From positions 96,001-160,000 of the forward strand of contig CAVQBA010000006.1 of NCBI GenBank assembly GCA_963710605.1: DNA of 64,000 nucleotides, read 5' to 3'. The DNA is from an uncultured cyanobacterium. GTDB lineage: Bacteria > Cyanobacteriota > Cyanobacteriia > Cyanobacteriales > Cyanobacteriaceae. Every line of letters begins with the position of its first letter. Within the stretch, counting starts at the first letter, position 1. The notes beneath the pieces were generated by a model. That model was not told the origin of the DNA, did not search any database, and saw only the letters and a list, made by a program, of their open reading frames with translations. A program made the position numbers and the translations under genes. Of the stretch, positions 1 through 9,372 are shown in pieces.

Positions 1-1769
1 TGAAAAACAACAACAGATTGTTTTGTATGGAGATAAAGAAATTCAAAATATTCAATATGGTTATTATCGAGGAGTTATTCCCATGTTGGAGAAAACTTAT
101 CGAGAAACTAACTCTGAGATTATTAAACAAAAATTAGAGCAATATATCGAGCATCAAACCTGTGGCGTATGTGAAGGTAAACGGCTTAAACCCGAAACTC
201 TTTCCGTCAGATTAGGGCAATACAATATTAATCATTTAACTAGCGTTTCGATTGATGAATGTTTAGAGAAAATAAATCAGATTGAATTGACACCCAGACA
301 AGCACAAATTGGTGAGTTGGCTTTAAAAGAAATCAGAGAGCGATTACAATTTTTACTTGATGTTGGTTTAAACTACCTTACTCTCGATCGAACTGCCATG
401 ACTTTATCTGGTGGTGAAGCACAACGTATTCGTTTAGCTACTCAAATTGGTTCAGGATTAACGGGAGTATTGTATGTTTTAGATGAGCCTAGTATCGGTT
501 TACATCAACGAGATAACGATCGTTTACTAGAAACCTTAAAAAAATTACGAGATCTCGACAATACTTTGATTATTGTAGAACATGATGAGGATACCATCAA
601 GTTTGCTGATTATATCGTTGATATTGGCCCGTAAAGCAGGTGTACATGGTGGCGAGATTGTCTGTAAGGGGAATTTACAAAAACTACTCAAATCAAGAAA
701 GTCTCTCACAGGTGCTTATTTATCAGGACGTAAAAAAATTGAAATTCCTGAAACTAGAAGAGAAGGTAATGGTAAATTTTTAACCCTAAAAGACTGTCAT
801 CGCAACAATTTAAGACATCTTGACGTAGATATACCTTTAGGTAAATTTGTGAGTGTAACAGGGGTTTCTGGTTCGGGTAAATCGACTTTAATTAATGAAC
901 TACTATACCCTGCCTTGCAACATCATCTTAGTCGTAAAGTACCTTTTCCTAAAGAGTTAGGTAGTTTTGAAGGGATAGAAGCGATCGATAAAGCCATTGT
1001 AATTGATCAATCTCCCATCGGACGTACACCTCGATCGAATCCTGCCACTTATACAGGGGTATTTGATGTAATTCGGGATATGTTCACTAAGACAATAGAA
1101 GCAAAAGCTCGTGGTTATAAAGCAGGGCGTTTTTCTTTTAACGTCAAAGGAGGTAGATGTGAGGCTTGTAGTGGGCAAGGGGTAAATGTTATCTCGATGA
1201 ATTTTTTACCTGATGTCTATGTCCAATGTGATATTTGTAAAGGAGCAAGATATAACAGAGAGACACTACAGGTTAAGTATAAAGGACATTCGATCGCTGA
1301 TGTGTTGGATATGACGATCGAAGAAGCGTTAGTGGTATTTGAAAATATACCCCGTGCGGTGAATCGTTTACAAACTTTAGTTGATGTGGGTCTATCTTAT
1401 ATCAAGTTAGGACAATCTGCACCAACTCTTTCTGGTGGTGAAGCACAAAGGGTTAAGTTAGCCACCGAGTTATCTCGTCGGGCAACAGGTAAAACAATTT
1501 ATTTGATTGATGAGCCAACTACAGGTTTATCTTTTTATGATGTACATCATCTACTTAATGTATTACAAAGATTAGCAGATAAGGGTAATTCGATCGTGGT
1601 AATTGAGCATAATTTAGATGTAATTAAATGTGCCGATTGGATTATCGATTTAGGTTTAGAAGGTGGTGATAAAGGAGGAGAAATTATAGCAATGGGTACA
1701 CCTGAAGAGATTGCTAAGTCGAAGAAATCTTATTTGGCAAAGTATCTGAAGCCCTTGTTAAAGAAATAA
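1..1769 (+). CDS. uvrA: Excinuclease ABC subunit A, 3' part; 5' end outside the window; apparent frameshift near 630 joins ORFs 23..634 and 582..1769
   Basis: [37 protein letters not shown], second Walker A GVSGSGKS, CxxC Zn fingers, [12 protein letters not shown]; the expected DIGP-KAG junction is broken by one base. Confidence 0.97.
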
Positions 1770-1817
1770 TTTCTCTTTTTATAAATAAAATATTTGTTAA
1801 ATCAGTCATCAGCCAAA

Positions 1818-2075
1818 ATGTATGAACTTCAATATAGTAAAACTGCGATTAAAAAATTACGAAAAATACCCAAAAACTTGGTTAAAAGTATTCAACGCAA
1901 ATTAACGGAAATTGCTGAAAATCCTTATGAAAATCATCCTAACGCAAAAAAGCTAGTTGGTAGAAGAGGTTATAGGCTCAGAGTCGGTGATTGGAGAGTT
2001 ATTTACGAAATAGATAACGATAAAATTGTTATTCTAGTATTGACAATCGATACTAGAGGAGATGTTTATAAATGA
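1818..2075 (+). CDS. RelE/ParE-family type II toxin
   Basis: MYELQYSKTAIKKL...KKLVGRRGYRLRVGDWRVIYEI...RGDVYK; ATGA overlap with the next gene. Confidence 0.88.
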   Translation: MYELQYSKTAIKKLRKIPKNLVKSIQRKLTEIAENPYENHPNAKKLVGRRGYRLRVGDWRVIYEIDNDKIVILVLTIDTRGDVYK

Positions 2076-2431
2076 ACACGGAAATTATTAATAAAAATGG
2101 TAAAAATTATGCTGTTATTCCCTACGAAATTTATCAACAACTAATTGAAGATGCAGAAAGTTTGGCTGATATTCAAGCCTATGATGAAGTAAAAGAAAGA
2201 AAAGAAGAGAATTTTCCGAGTTATATAGTCGATTGAATTTTTATTAATCAAGAAAATTCGATTAAAGTTTATCGAGAATATCGTAGTTTAACTCAATTGG
2301 AGTTAGTGAATAAAGCTAATATTAGTTTTGAAAAGTTACAACAAATTGAGAGTAATATTGACTTAGCTGATAAAGATGATTTAGAAACGATAATTAAAGT
2401 CTTAAATGTTGATTTAGATATGATTGGCTAA
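2072..2431 (+). pseudogene. Antitoxin with C-terminal XRE-type HTH, interrupted by an in-frame TGA at 2234-2236 (not in the ORF track)
   Basis: Manual translation MNTEIINKNGKNYAVIPYEIYQQLIEDAESLADIQAYDEVKERKEENFPSYIVD*IFINQENSIKVYREYRSLTQLELVNKANIS...LNVDLDMIG*. Confidence 0.8.
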
Positions 2432-2630
2432 CTGTAATTCGTGGTGAGATTTCAATTAAGTCTTTTCAACGGGCAGGAAATCGATCGAATTCTTGATTAA
2501 TAAACCAAAACCAAATATGAGTATCGAGAATAATCATTTTAGACATTCCCACTCATCTTCATCTACAATAGGACTTACTATATCTCCAATCGTTTTTCCT
2601 TTACCTGCAATATTTTGAGGTGGTATTCGA
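2168..2630. repeat. Copy 1 of a ~460-bp imperfect direct duplication (offset 642 bp)
   Basis: attcaagcctatgatgaagtaaaagaaag at 2171 and 2813; co-linear to ~ggtattcga. Confidence 0.92.
2430..2537 (-). pseudogene. Truncated VapC/PIN toxin N-terminus
   Basis: MIILDTHIWFWFINQEFDRFPAR*KDLIEISPRITVS; LDTH PIN start motif; ATGA-coupled to ORF 2534..2755. Confidence 0.7.
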
Positions 2631-2755
2631 GGTGTTGGAGAAATAGGTGATTCTTCAACAATAGTAATTATGACACGGGCAGAATCTATCTTTGGTTTAT
2701 CATTAAGCCATTTGACTTGACCATTTTCATATATGGCTTCATAGCTTTTCAACAT
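2534..2755 (-). CDS. Putative antitoxin (AF2212/DUF104-like) of a VapBC-type pair
   Basis: MLKSYEAIYENGQVKW N-terminus and GKGKTIGDIVSPIVDEDEW tail, directly upstream of the PIN remnant. Confidence 0.65.
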   Translation of the reverse strand: MLKSYEAIYENGQVKWLNDKPKIDSARVIITIVEESPISPTPRIPPQNIAGKGKTIGDIVSPIVDEDEWECLK

Positions 2756-2809
2756 AATTACACACGATCGATATTATTATATTCATTATACTTCCAGCAA
2801 CATTTTAGC

Positions 2810-3276
2810 GACATTCAAGCCTATGATGAAGTAAAAGAAAGAAAAGAAGATAGTTTTGTTAGTTATATAGTCGATTGAATTTTTATTAATCAAGAAAATC
2901 CGATTAAAGTTTATCGAGAATATCGTAATTTAACTCAGTTAGAGTTAGTGAATAAGGCTAATATTAGTCTTAAAAAGTTAGAACAAATTGAGAGTAATAT
3001 TGACTTAGCTGATAAAGATGATTTAGAAACGATTGTTAAAGTCTTAAATATTGATTTAGATATGATTGGCTAACTGTAATTCGTGGTGAGATTTCAATTA
3101 AGTCTTTCCAACGGGCAGGAAATCGATCGAATTCTTGATTAATAAACCAAAACCAAATATGAGTGTCAAGAATAATCATTTCAAACATTCCCAATTATCT
3201 TCATCAATAATTGGATTTACTATATCTCCTAAAGTTTTACCTTTACCTGCAATATTTTCTTTCAGGCGGTATTCGA
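2810..3276. repeat. Copy 2: HTH-antitoxin 3' fragment (+), PIN fragment starting at 3179 (-), antitoxin 3' fragment (-)
   Basis: Aligns to 2168-2630; carries the same gtcgattga stop; the PIN fragment has TGG where copy 1 has TGA. Confidence 0.9.
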
Positions 3277-3489
3277 CGTGATTGAGAAAGACAAGACTTT
3301 ATGGCATTTTGGTTATATATATTGACAACGATCAAACTTTTATTGTTAAATTAATTTTGATCAAAATAACCTCTCTATCTAGTTATCATTTAGTAACAAG
3401 TATCTCAAAATCAAATCAACAAATTTTATAATCATCATTAATGTAAGAACTCATTTTTGAGACTTAAATTAATCATCAAAATTATTACC

Positions 3490-4879
3490 ATGAGTATTCA
3501 CAATATAAAACGCTTTTCAATATATGGACTTTTTGGGATCAATGATGTTCATATTCCTTTTAATGAAAATATTAAAATTTTAATAGGAGAAAATGGTTTA
3601 GGAAAAACTCAAGTATTAAATATTTTTTACTATACTTTAATAACAAATTTTTCTAAACTAAGTGAATTTTCTTTTGAAAAAATAGAACTTATACTATATC
3701 CTAATAACAAATTAATAACAATTAGTAAAAAAGAATGTCAAGAATATGTAGAAAATTATTATGAAGATCTTACTCTTAAAAAACTTGTTACTTTAATAGG
3801 ATTTGAGGCAACTGAAAAATTAATAAAAAAAGTACGTTACCGCAGTATTATTGAAACTAGACATTTTATCAAAAATAATCCACAATATAATCAAATTAAT
3901 CAAATAGCTCCAGTAGAATATATATTTAATTTACTACGAGAAGAAAGTAGTATAAATAAGCAACAAATAAAAAAAACACAGCATTTTATTTCAAATGATT
4001 TTGCCAATAAGGTTAGTGAAATTAAACAAAATTTTCCAGAAAATACGATTTTATACTTTCCGACATTTAGAAGAGTGGAAGAAGATTTATATAATTTAGG
4101 ATACGATGACGAAGACTTTTTTATTAACACAAAAGATATTCGTTTAATTAATTTCGGAATGGATGATGTGCAAAAACGTTTTGATGCTATTGAGAAAAAA
4201 ATAGATTTACTTTTGAAAGAAGGATTTAGCCAAATTACTAGTGAAATTTTAAGTAAATTAGTAAAGGGTTTTGGAGAAACAAATAAAAATATATTAGATG
4301 GAATCAGTGAAGCTGATATTGATATTATTTTGGCGAGAGTTGGAAATCAAATTCCCGAAACAGATAAATCAAGAATTAGAGATATTGTTTTTAACAAAAA
4401 AATTTCTGACGCAGATAACTCCTTGTTTTATTTTATTCAAATTTTGATAAATATATATGAAAAACAAAAAGAGTTAGATAGTTTGATTAATAGATTTCAA
4501 GAAGTATGTAATGAATATTTAATCGGAAAACAAGTGTCTTATGATGAAAGTAATATCAAAATATATATAGAATCTGATAATAGCAACGAACTTTTAACTT
4601 TAAATCAATTATCATCAGGAGAAAAACAAATTATTTCTATTTTTTCTACTATTTATCTTTCTGAAGAAAATGATAAATTTATTGTTTTATTTGATGAGCC
4701 AGAATTATCGTTATCTATGACTTGGCAAAAAAAATTATTACCTGATATAGTTAATTCAGGAAAATGTGATATTTCTTTTAGCTGTAACTCATTCACCCTT
4801 TATTTTTGATAATGAGTTAGATAAATATGCTATTGGTTTAAATGAATATGTTCAACCTTCAAAACTTGTATTATCTTAA
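3490..4879 (+). CDS. ABC-type (AAA_15/AAA_21-like) ATPase, PARIS AriA-like; frameshift near 4770
   Basis: Walker A GENGLGKT, signature LSSGEKQ, Walker B VLFDEPELSL; the H-loop LAVTHSPFIF continues in another frame to TAA 4877-4879. Confidence 0.85.
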
Positions 4880-4882
4880 TAA

Positions 4883-5796
4883 ATGTCATATCTAGACGAA
4901 CTAAGAAAAGGTAGAAGTAAAGCTCAAGTTGCCTATCAAGATTTCATACTTCATACAAGAGCAAATAAAGATGGTTTGTTTTGTTTTTTTGAAGGTAAAG
5001 ATAACGTTTATTATATACCCAGAATAAAAAGATTTACTAACAAATATCATTCTATTCATTGTGGTGGAAGAGAGAAAGTTTTAAAGGTATATGAATTGAT
5101 TAATCATCATCGAGAATACGATAAATATAAGAAAGCATTTTTGATCGATCGAGATTTTAATTCTCCTTTATCACCTCCCAATCCAGATATTTTTGAAACA
5201 CCTTGTTATTCTATCGAAAATTTTTATGTTTCTGTTAATGTTTTTCAAGAAATTATTAAAAATTACTTTTATTTATCAGAAATTAGTCAAGAATTTGAAA
5301 TTTGCCTTCAATTATTCAAAGAAAGACAAAAAGAATTTCATCAAGCTGTTATTTTATTTAACGCTTGGTATGCGTGCTTGATAGATAAAAAAAAGAAACA
5401 GGATTACAAACGGGTGTTAATTTATGCGATAAATTACCGAAAGGATTTGTTGAGTTTAAATTAGAGAAAATAACTCAAAAATATAATATTGAAACGATAA
5501 ACAATCAATTTACTAACGCATTAGAAATTTCAGAAGATATTCTGCAAGAAAAAATTAATAAATTTACATCTTGCGAGCAAAGTAAAGTCTTTAGAGGTAA
5601 ATATGAAATGGAATTTATGTTAAAAATTATTGAGTTGATTTTACAAGATTCTTTAAAAAACAAGAAATATATAAAATGTAAAATAAAATCTCTATTTGCT
5701 GATAAAATAAGTAATGAACAAGCGTTAACTATTTTTTCGGATTGTGCTGAAACACCTAAAGTTCTTGAAGAGTATTTAACTACGATTATAAAATAG
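4883..5796 (+). CDS. DUF4435 (TOPRIM-like) protein, PARIS AriB-like; frameshift in the poly-A run near 5390
   Basis: CFFEGKD, CGGREKV, IDRDF, TPCYSIENFY; the shifted frame KETGLQTG...FRGKYEMEF joins ORF 5608..5796. Confidence 0.8.
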
Positions 5797-6001
5797 TTGT
5801 CTAGAACTTAAGTTTAAGATAATTGTATCAATCTGTTCATTTCTATACTAGTGAATATTTTTACTTAATTTTGAATACGTTTAAGAAGAATTTGATCGTA
5901 ATAAATAGATAAATTAACACAATAAAACCTATTATTGATTACATGATTATATAATCGTTTTTGTTATTATAAAATTGAGATAATTGCTATAAAAAAATAA
6001 C

Positions 6002-6283
6002 GTGATTAAATCTTTTAAAAATAAAGAAACAGAGAAAATCTTTAATCGAAAGCGATCGTCCAAATTACCATCAGATATACAACAAATAGCCTTACGTAAG
6101 TTAAGAATAATTAACAGAGTACAAAATCTTCAAGAGTTAAAAATACCTCCTGCTAACCGTTTAGAAAAACTAAAAGGAGAAAGATTCGGTCAATATAGTA
6201 TTAGAATAAACAATCAATGGAGAATCTGTTTTGAATGGCAAGATGATAATGCCTTTAATGTCGAAATAGTAGATTATCACTAA
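6002..6283 (+). CDS. higB: HigB-family (RelE-like) toxin
   Basis: MIKSFKNKETEKIF...PPANRLEKLKG...QYSIRINNQWRICFEW...VEIVDYH. Confidence 0.93.
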   Translation: MIKSFKNKETEKIFNRKRSSKLPSDIQQIALRKLRIINRVQNLQELKIPPANRLEKLKGERFGQYSIRINNQWRICFEWQDDNAFNVEIVDYH

Positions 6284-6289
6284 AAAATT

Positions 6290-6583
6290 ATGACATCAGA
6301 AAAATTACAACCAATTCACCCAGGAGAAATTCTTTTAGAAGAGTTTTTAAAACCTTTACAAATAAGTACCGAAAATCTCGCTCAAGAATTAAAAGTTTCT
6401 CCAGAAATTATTCATAATATAATTGAGAAAAAACAATCTATTACTGCTGATATTGCTTTGCGTTTAGCCCGTTACTTTCAAATTTCACCACAATTTTGGC
6501 TGGGTTTACAAATTGATTATGATTTAGATTTCGCCGAAGATAATTTTGGAAAACAAATTGAGCAAGAAGTTATGGCATTATAA
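6290..6583 (+). CDS. higA: HigA-family antitoxin
   Basis: PIHPGEILLEEFL...ITADIALRLARYF...FWLGLQ. Confidence 0.93.
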   Translation: MTSEKLQPIHPGEILLEEFLKPLQISTENLAQELKVSPEIIHNIIEKKQSITADIALRLARYFQISPQFWLGLQIDYDLDFAEDNFGKQIEQEVMAL

Positions 6584-6642
6584 TTAGACATTTTGATAAT
6601 CAATATTTTGTTTTGTTTCCGTAAAAATTAAGTAATAAAGTG

Positions 6643-6755
6643 ATATAGCGTTTCCCATACTTGTGAAGTACAGTTAGCGATTCGACAAGTCCCCCTTTGG
6701 CAAGGGGGATTTAGGGGGATTTATATGTACCTCGTAATGGTGATAATTGCTATAT
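6643..6755. repeat. Small dispersed inverted-repeat element (MITE/REP-like)
   Basis: atatagc...gctatat termini; gaagtaca...tgtacctc inner arms; ccccctt-aaggggg hairpin; relatives at ~22250, 29263, 39870 and 52170. Confidence 0.7.
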
Positions 6756-6828
6756 TACGATCGTTAAAGTCTTAAATCTTGATTTAGAGATGATTCTATT
6801 ACAGTTATATATCTGATGGTTAATCATT

Positions 6829-6891
6829 GTTATCGAGCATAATTTAGATGTAATAAAGTGTGCTTATAGGATTATTAATTTGAGTTTAGAA
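6829..6891 (+). repeat. Degenerate copy of the uvrA 3' region (1599-1661)
   Basis: 52/63 nt identical by manual alignment; encodes [12 protein letters not shown]. Confidence 0.85.
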
Positions 6892-8053
6892 TGAAAAAAA
6901 AGAAAGCAACTAAAGATTATTTTCCTTTCAAAAGTATAATATGTCTCCATACAATTATCGACTACAGTGTTGGAAGTAGTTATAGTTCTTCTCAGTGGAA
7001 AGAATATAGAGAAAAAAGCCAAAGTTTTCATTTCCCTTCGATTTTTCACCCTGCTTATTTTGGTATATCTAATCATAATCACAGATTAGTTTGTTATTGG
7101 GATTTAGGTTATAAAACCTCATGGATTAATACTCGGTATTTGTGTTCATCGGAATGGGAACAAGCTTTTGAATTAAATCAAGCTCATGATTTTGGACTTA
7201 TAAAAGAAGGAAAAATAGGTGTTTTTAACTATCAAGATAGTTTTTTGGAAATTAAATATTGAGACTGAGGTATATCATCAAGAAGGATATTTAGGAAGTT
7301 GTGGTAAGAATATTATTTGTCCTTATGAATTTACTATTGTATCTGTTTTTGAATGACAAGAAGAAGATTGGGAAAATCTAGCTAATATTGATACTCGTCA
7401 ATTTATTGTTTGGAATAGTGAAACTAATTTTAAATATTTTAAATACGAATATTATCGAAATCCTGTATTTGATGAAGCAAATCCTTTATATAAATTAAGC
7501 AATCATCCATCTTGTTTTGTTTTTACTCCTGATGCTCAATTTTTAGTTGTTTGCTATGAATGTAGAAATGATGATTCTTATCAATCAATTATTGATAAAT
7601 CTCTTATACAAATTTGGCAGATAGAATCGGGTGAATTAGTAAAAACGATCGATAATCTTCCTTTATTAACGATCGATTCTTTAGCAATTAACGAAAACGA
7701 AGAAATCATCGCTTCAGGTGTTAGAGAAGATAAAGTCTGCGTTTGGAATCTTGCCCATGACTCTATTATTAAAAGTTTTGAGAGTGTCTCCCCTACTCTT
7801 TTAACATCAGACGGAAGAGTTTTAATTTACTGTAATCAAGAGAATGAAATTGTCGTGTGGGATTTAGAAAAAAGACGATGAATTACGAAGATTAAAAGGT
7901 CATACATCCACAATTATATATTTAAAGATGAGTAACGTTCGGCAAAGCCGCACCTTCGGTGAGCGAGATTTTATAGTTAGTTATAGTATCGATACGGAAA
8001 TTAGAATTTGGGGTTTGTCGAAAAATAAGAGACGAAAGAGAAAAAAGAAATAG
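6891..8053 (+). pseudogene. WD40-repeat protein, disrupted by several stops and frameshifts
   Basis: Manual translation: FTPDAQFLVV, IQIWQIESGELVKTI, IASGVREDKVCVWNL, IVVWDL, LKGHTSTI, DTEIRIWGL. Confidence 0.75.
7938..7961. mobile_element. 24-nt double-hairpin insertion (short dispersed repeat, SDR5-like) in a degenerate CG|ATCG site
   Basis: cg[ttCGGCaaaGCCG-CACCttcGGTG]agcg; GC-rich, in frame, flanked by AT-rich WD40 sequence. Confidence 0.6.
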
Positions 8054-8112
8054 TTGAATATTTTTGATTGAAGATATCAAAGACAAATAGATAAAACTAG
8101 ATAAAAGTTAGG

Positions 8113-8164
8113 TAGTCAGATTGATATTATTGAGCTACAATATAGTTGGTTGTCGATCGACAAC
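8113..8164 (+). promoter_or_regulatory. Putative sigma70-type promoter with a downstream perfect 16-bp palindrome (candidate operator)
   Basis: TAGTCA-N17-TACAAT (8113-8141); GTTGTCGATCGACAAC at 8149-8164. Confidence 0.5.
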
Positions 8165-8184
8165 TCGTACTTTAACGGTATTTT

Positions 8185-8433
8185 ATGGCAGAAAAACATC
8201 CTAAGAAGGAAATTCGTGAGGCGATTGATTATGCACAAAAACATGATTGGACGATCGAAAAATCAAACTCTCATGCACATATTTGGGGAAAGATGCTTTG
8301 TAAATATAATGATTCCTCTTGTAGATGTGGAAAGCATTGTATAACAAGTATTTCTTCTACTCCTCCTAATCCGTCAAATCATGCAAGAAAACTGAAAAGG
8401 ATTGTGAGAAACTGTACACATTTTGACTCATAA
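8185..8433 (+). CDS. HicA-like small basic Cys/His-rich protein (putative toxin)
   Basis: HPKKEIREAIDYA...WTIEKSNSHAHIWGKMLC...SSTPPNPSNHA. Confidence 0.6.
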   Translation: MAEKHPKKEIREAIDYAQKHDWTIEKSNSHAHIWGKMLCKYNDSSCRCGKHCITSISSTPPNPSNHARKLKRIVRNCTHFDS

Positions 8434-8547
8434 AGTCACTTAAAACAGTATAAGTTCATTTGTCAAATAGAGTGGATTAATTTCCGCTCTTTTAATAAAA
8501 ATTATTTTCTTGATGTACAAATAAATTAAATTATCAAGATATCAATT

Positions 8548-9072
8548 ATGAAAGAATACGATTTCGCTTTAAATTTCAAATTTTCTAACCCAGAAATAAA
8601 TCCAGAAATTTATTTAGATGCACTTTACGAAGCGGGTTTAAGTGATGCTGTATTTGGTATCGGAGAAAAAGGTGGTATATCTGTTGATATTATCCGAGAA
8701 TCTGAATCTGCATATGATGCTATTTATAGTGCAATTGAACAAGTAAAATCAGTTATTCCTGATGCCAATTTAACTCATGTATCTCCTGATATAGTTGGAG
8801 TAAGAGATTTAGCAGAAATATTTGAATGTACTAGACAAAATATTCAAAAATTTGTCTCAAAAAGAGATTTTCCTGAACCATTATATAAAAATTCTCAAGC
8901 TATTTGGTATTTAAGAACTGTTTTAAGATGGTTTACTCAAAACTCTGACAAAAAAATAAATCAAGAAATGATAGATGTAGCTGAATTAGCTAGAGAAATT
9001 AATTTATCTTTAGAAAAAAAATTATCAAATCCCGAATTATCCGATTCAGCAGAACAATTAGTTATAATTTAA
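8548..9072 (+). CDS. HicB-like N-terminal domain plus AlpA/MerR-like HTH DNA-binding protein (putative antitoxin)
   Basis: YDFALNF...DALYEAGLSDA...RESESAYDAIYSAIEQV; PDIVGVRDLAEIFECTRQNIQK...FPEP...IWYL. Confidence 0.65.
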   Translation: MKEYDFALNFKFSNPEINPEIYLDALYEAGLSDAVFGIGEKGGISVDIIRESESAYDAIYSAIEQVKSVIPDANLTHVSPDIVGVRDLAEIFECTRQNIQKFVSKRDFPEPLYKNSQAIWYLRTVLRWFTQNSDKKINQEMIDVAELAREINLSLEKKLSNPELSDSAEQLVII

Positions 9073-9372
9073 TTTTTAATTGAAGCAATAGATTTATATT
9101 TACAATCTGATAAAAAGTATAATCTGTTAAGAAAGTATTTGAACAATTTATTCAAATAGTCAATTAATTTACTGTTCGTACAACCAATTTATTGGATGAC
9201 AGGATATTCAAAATCGAATAATTATCGAATCGTAAAAATAGGTGACTTTTATCAAATAATTTAGATAATTTTACCGTTCACCAACTTATTAACGATCGAA
9301 AAAAATCTTGTAAATCAATCAATCTTGTCAAATCTTGATACTAACATGAAAAAATAAAATAACAATACTAAC

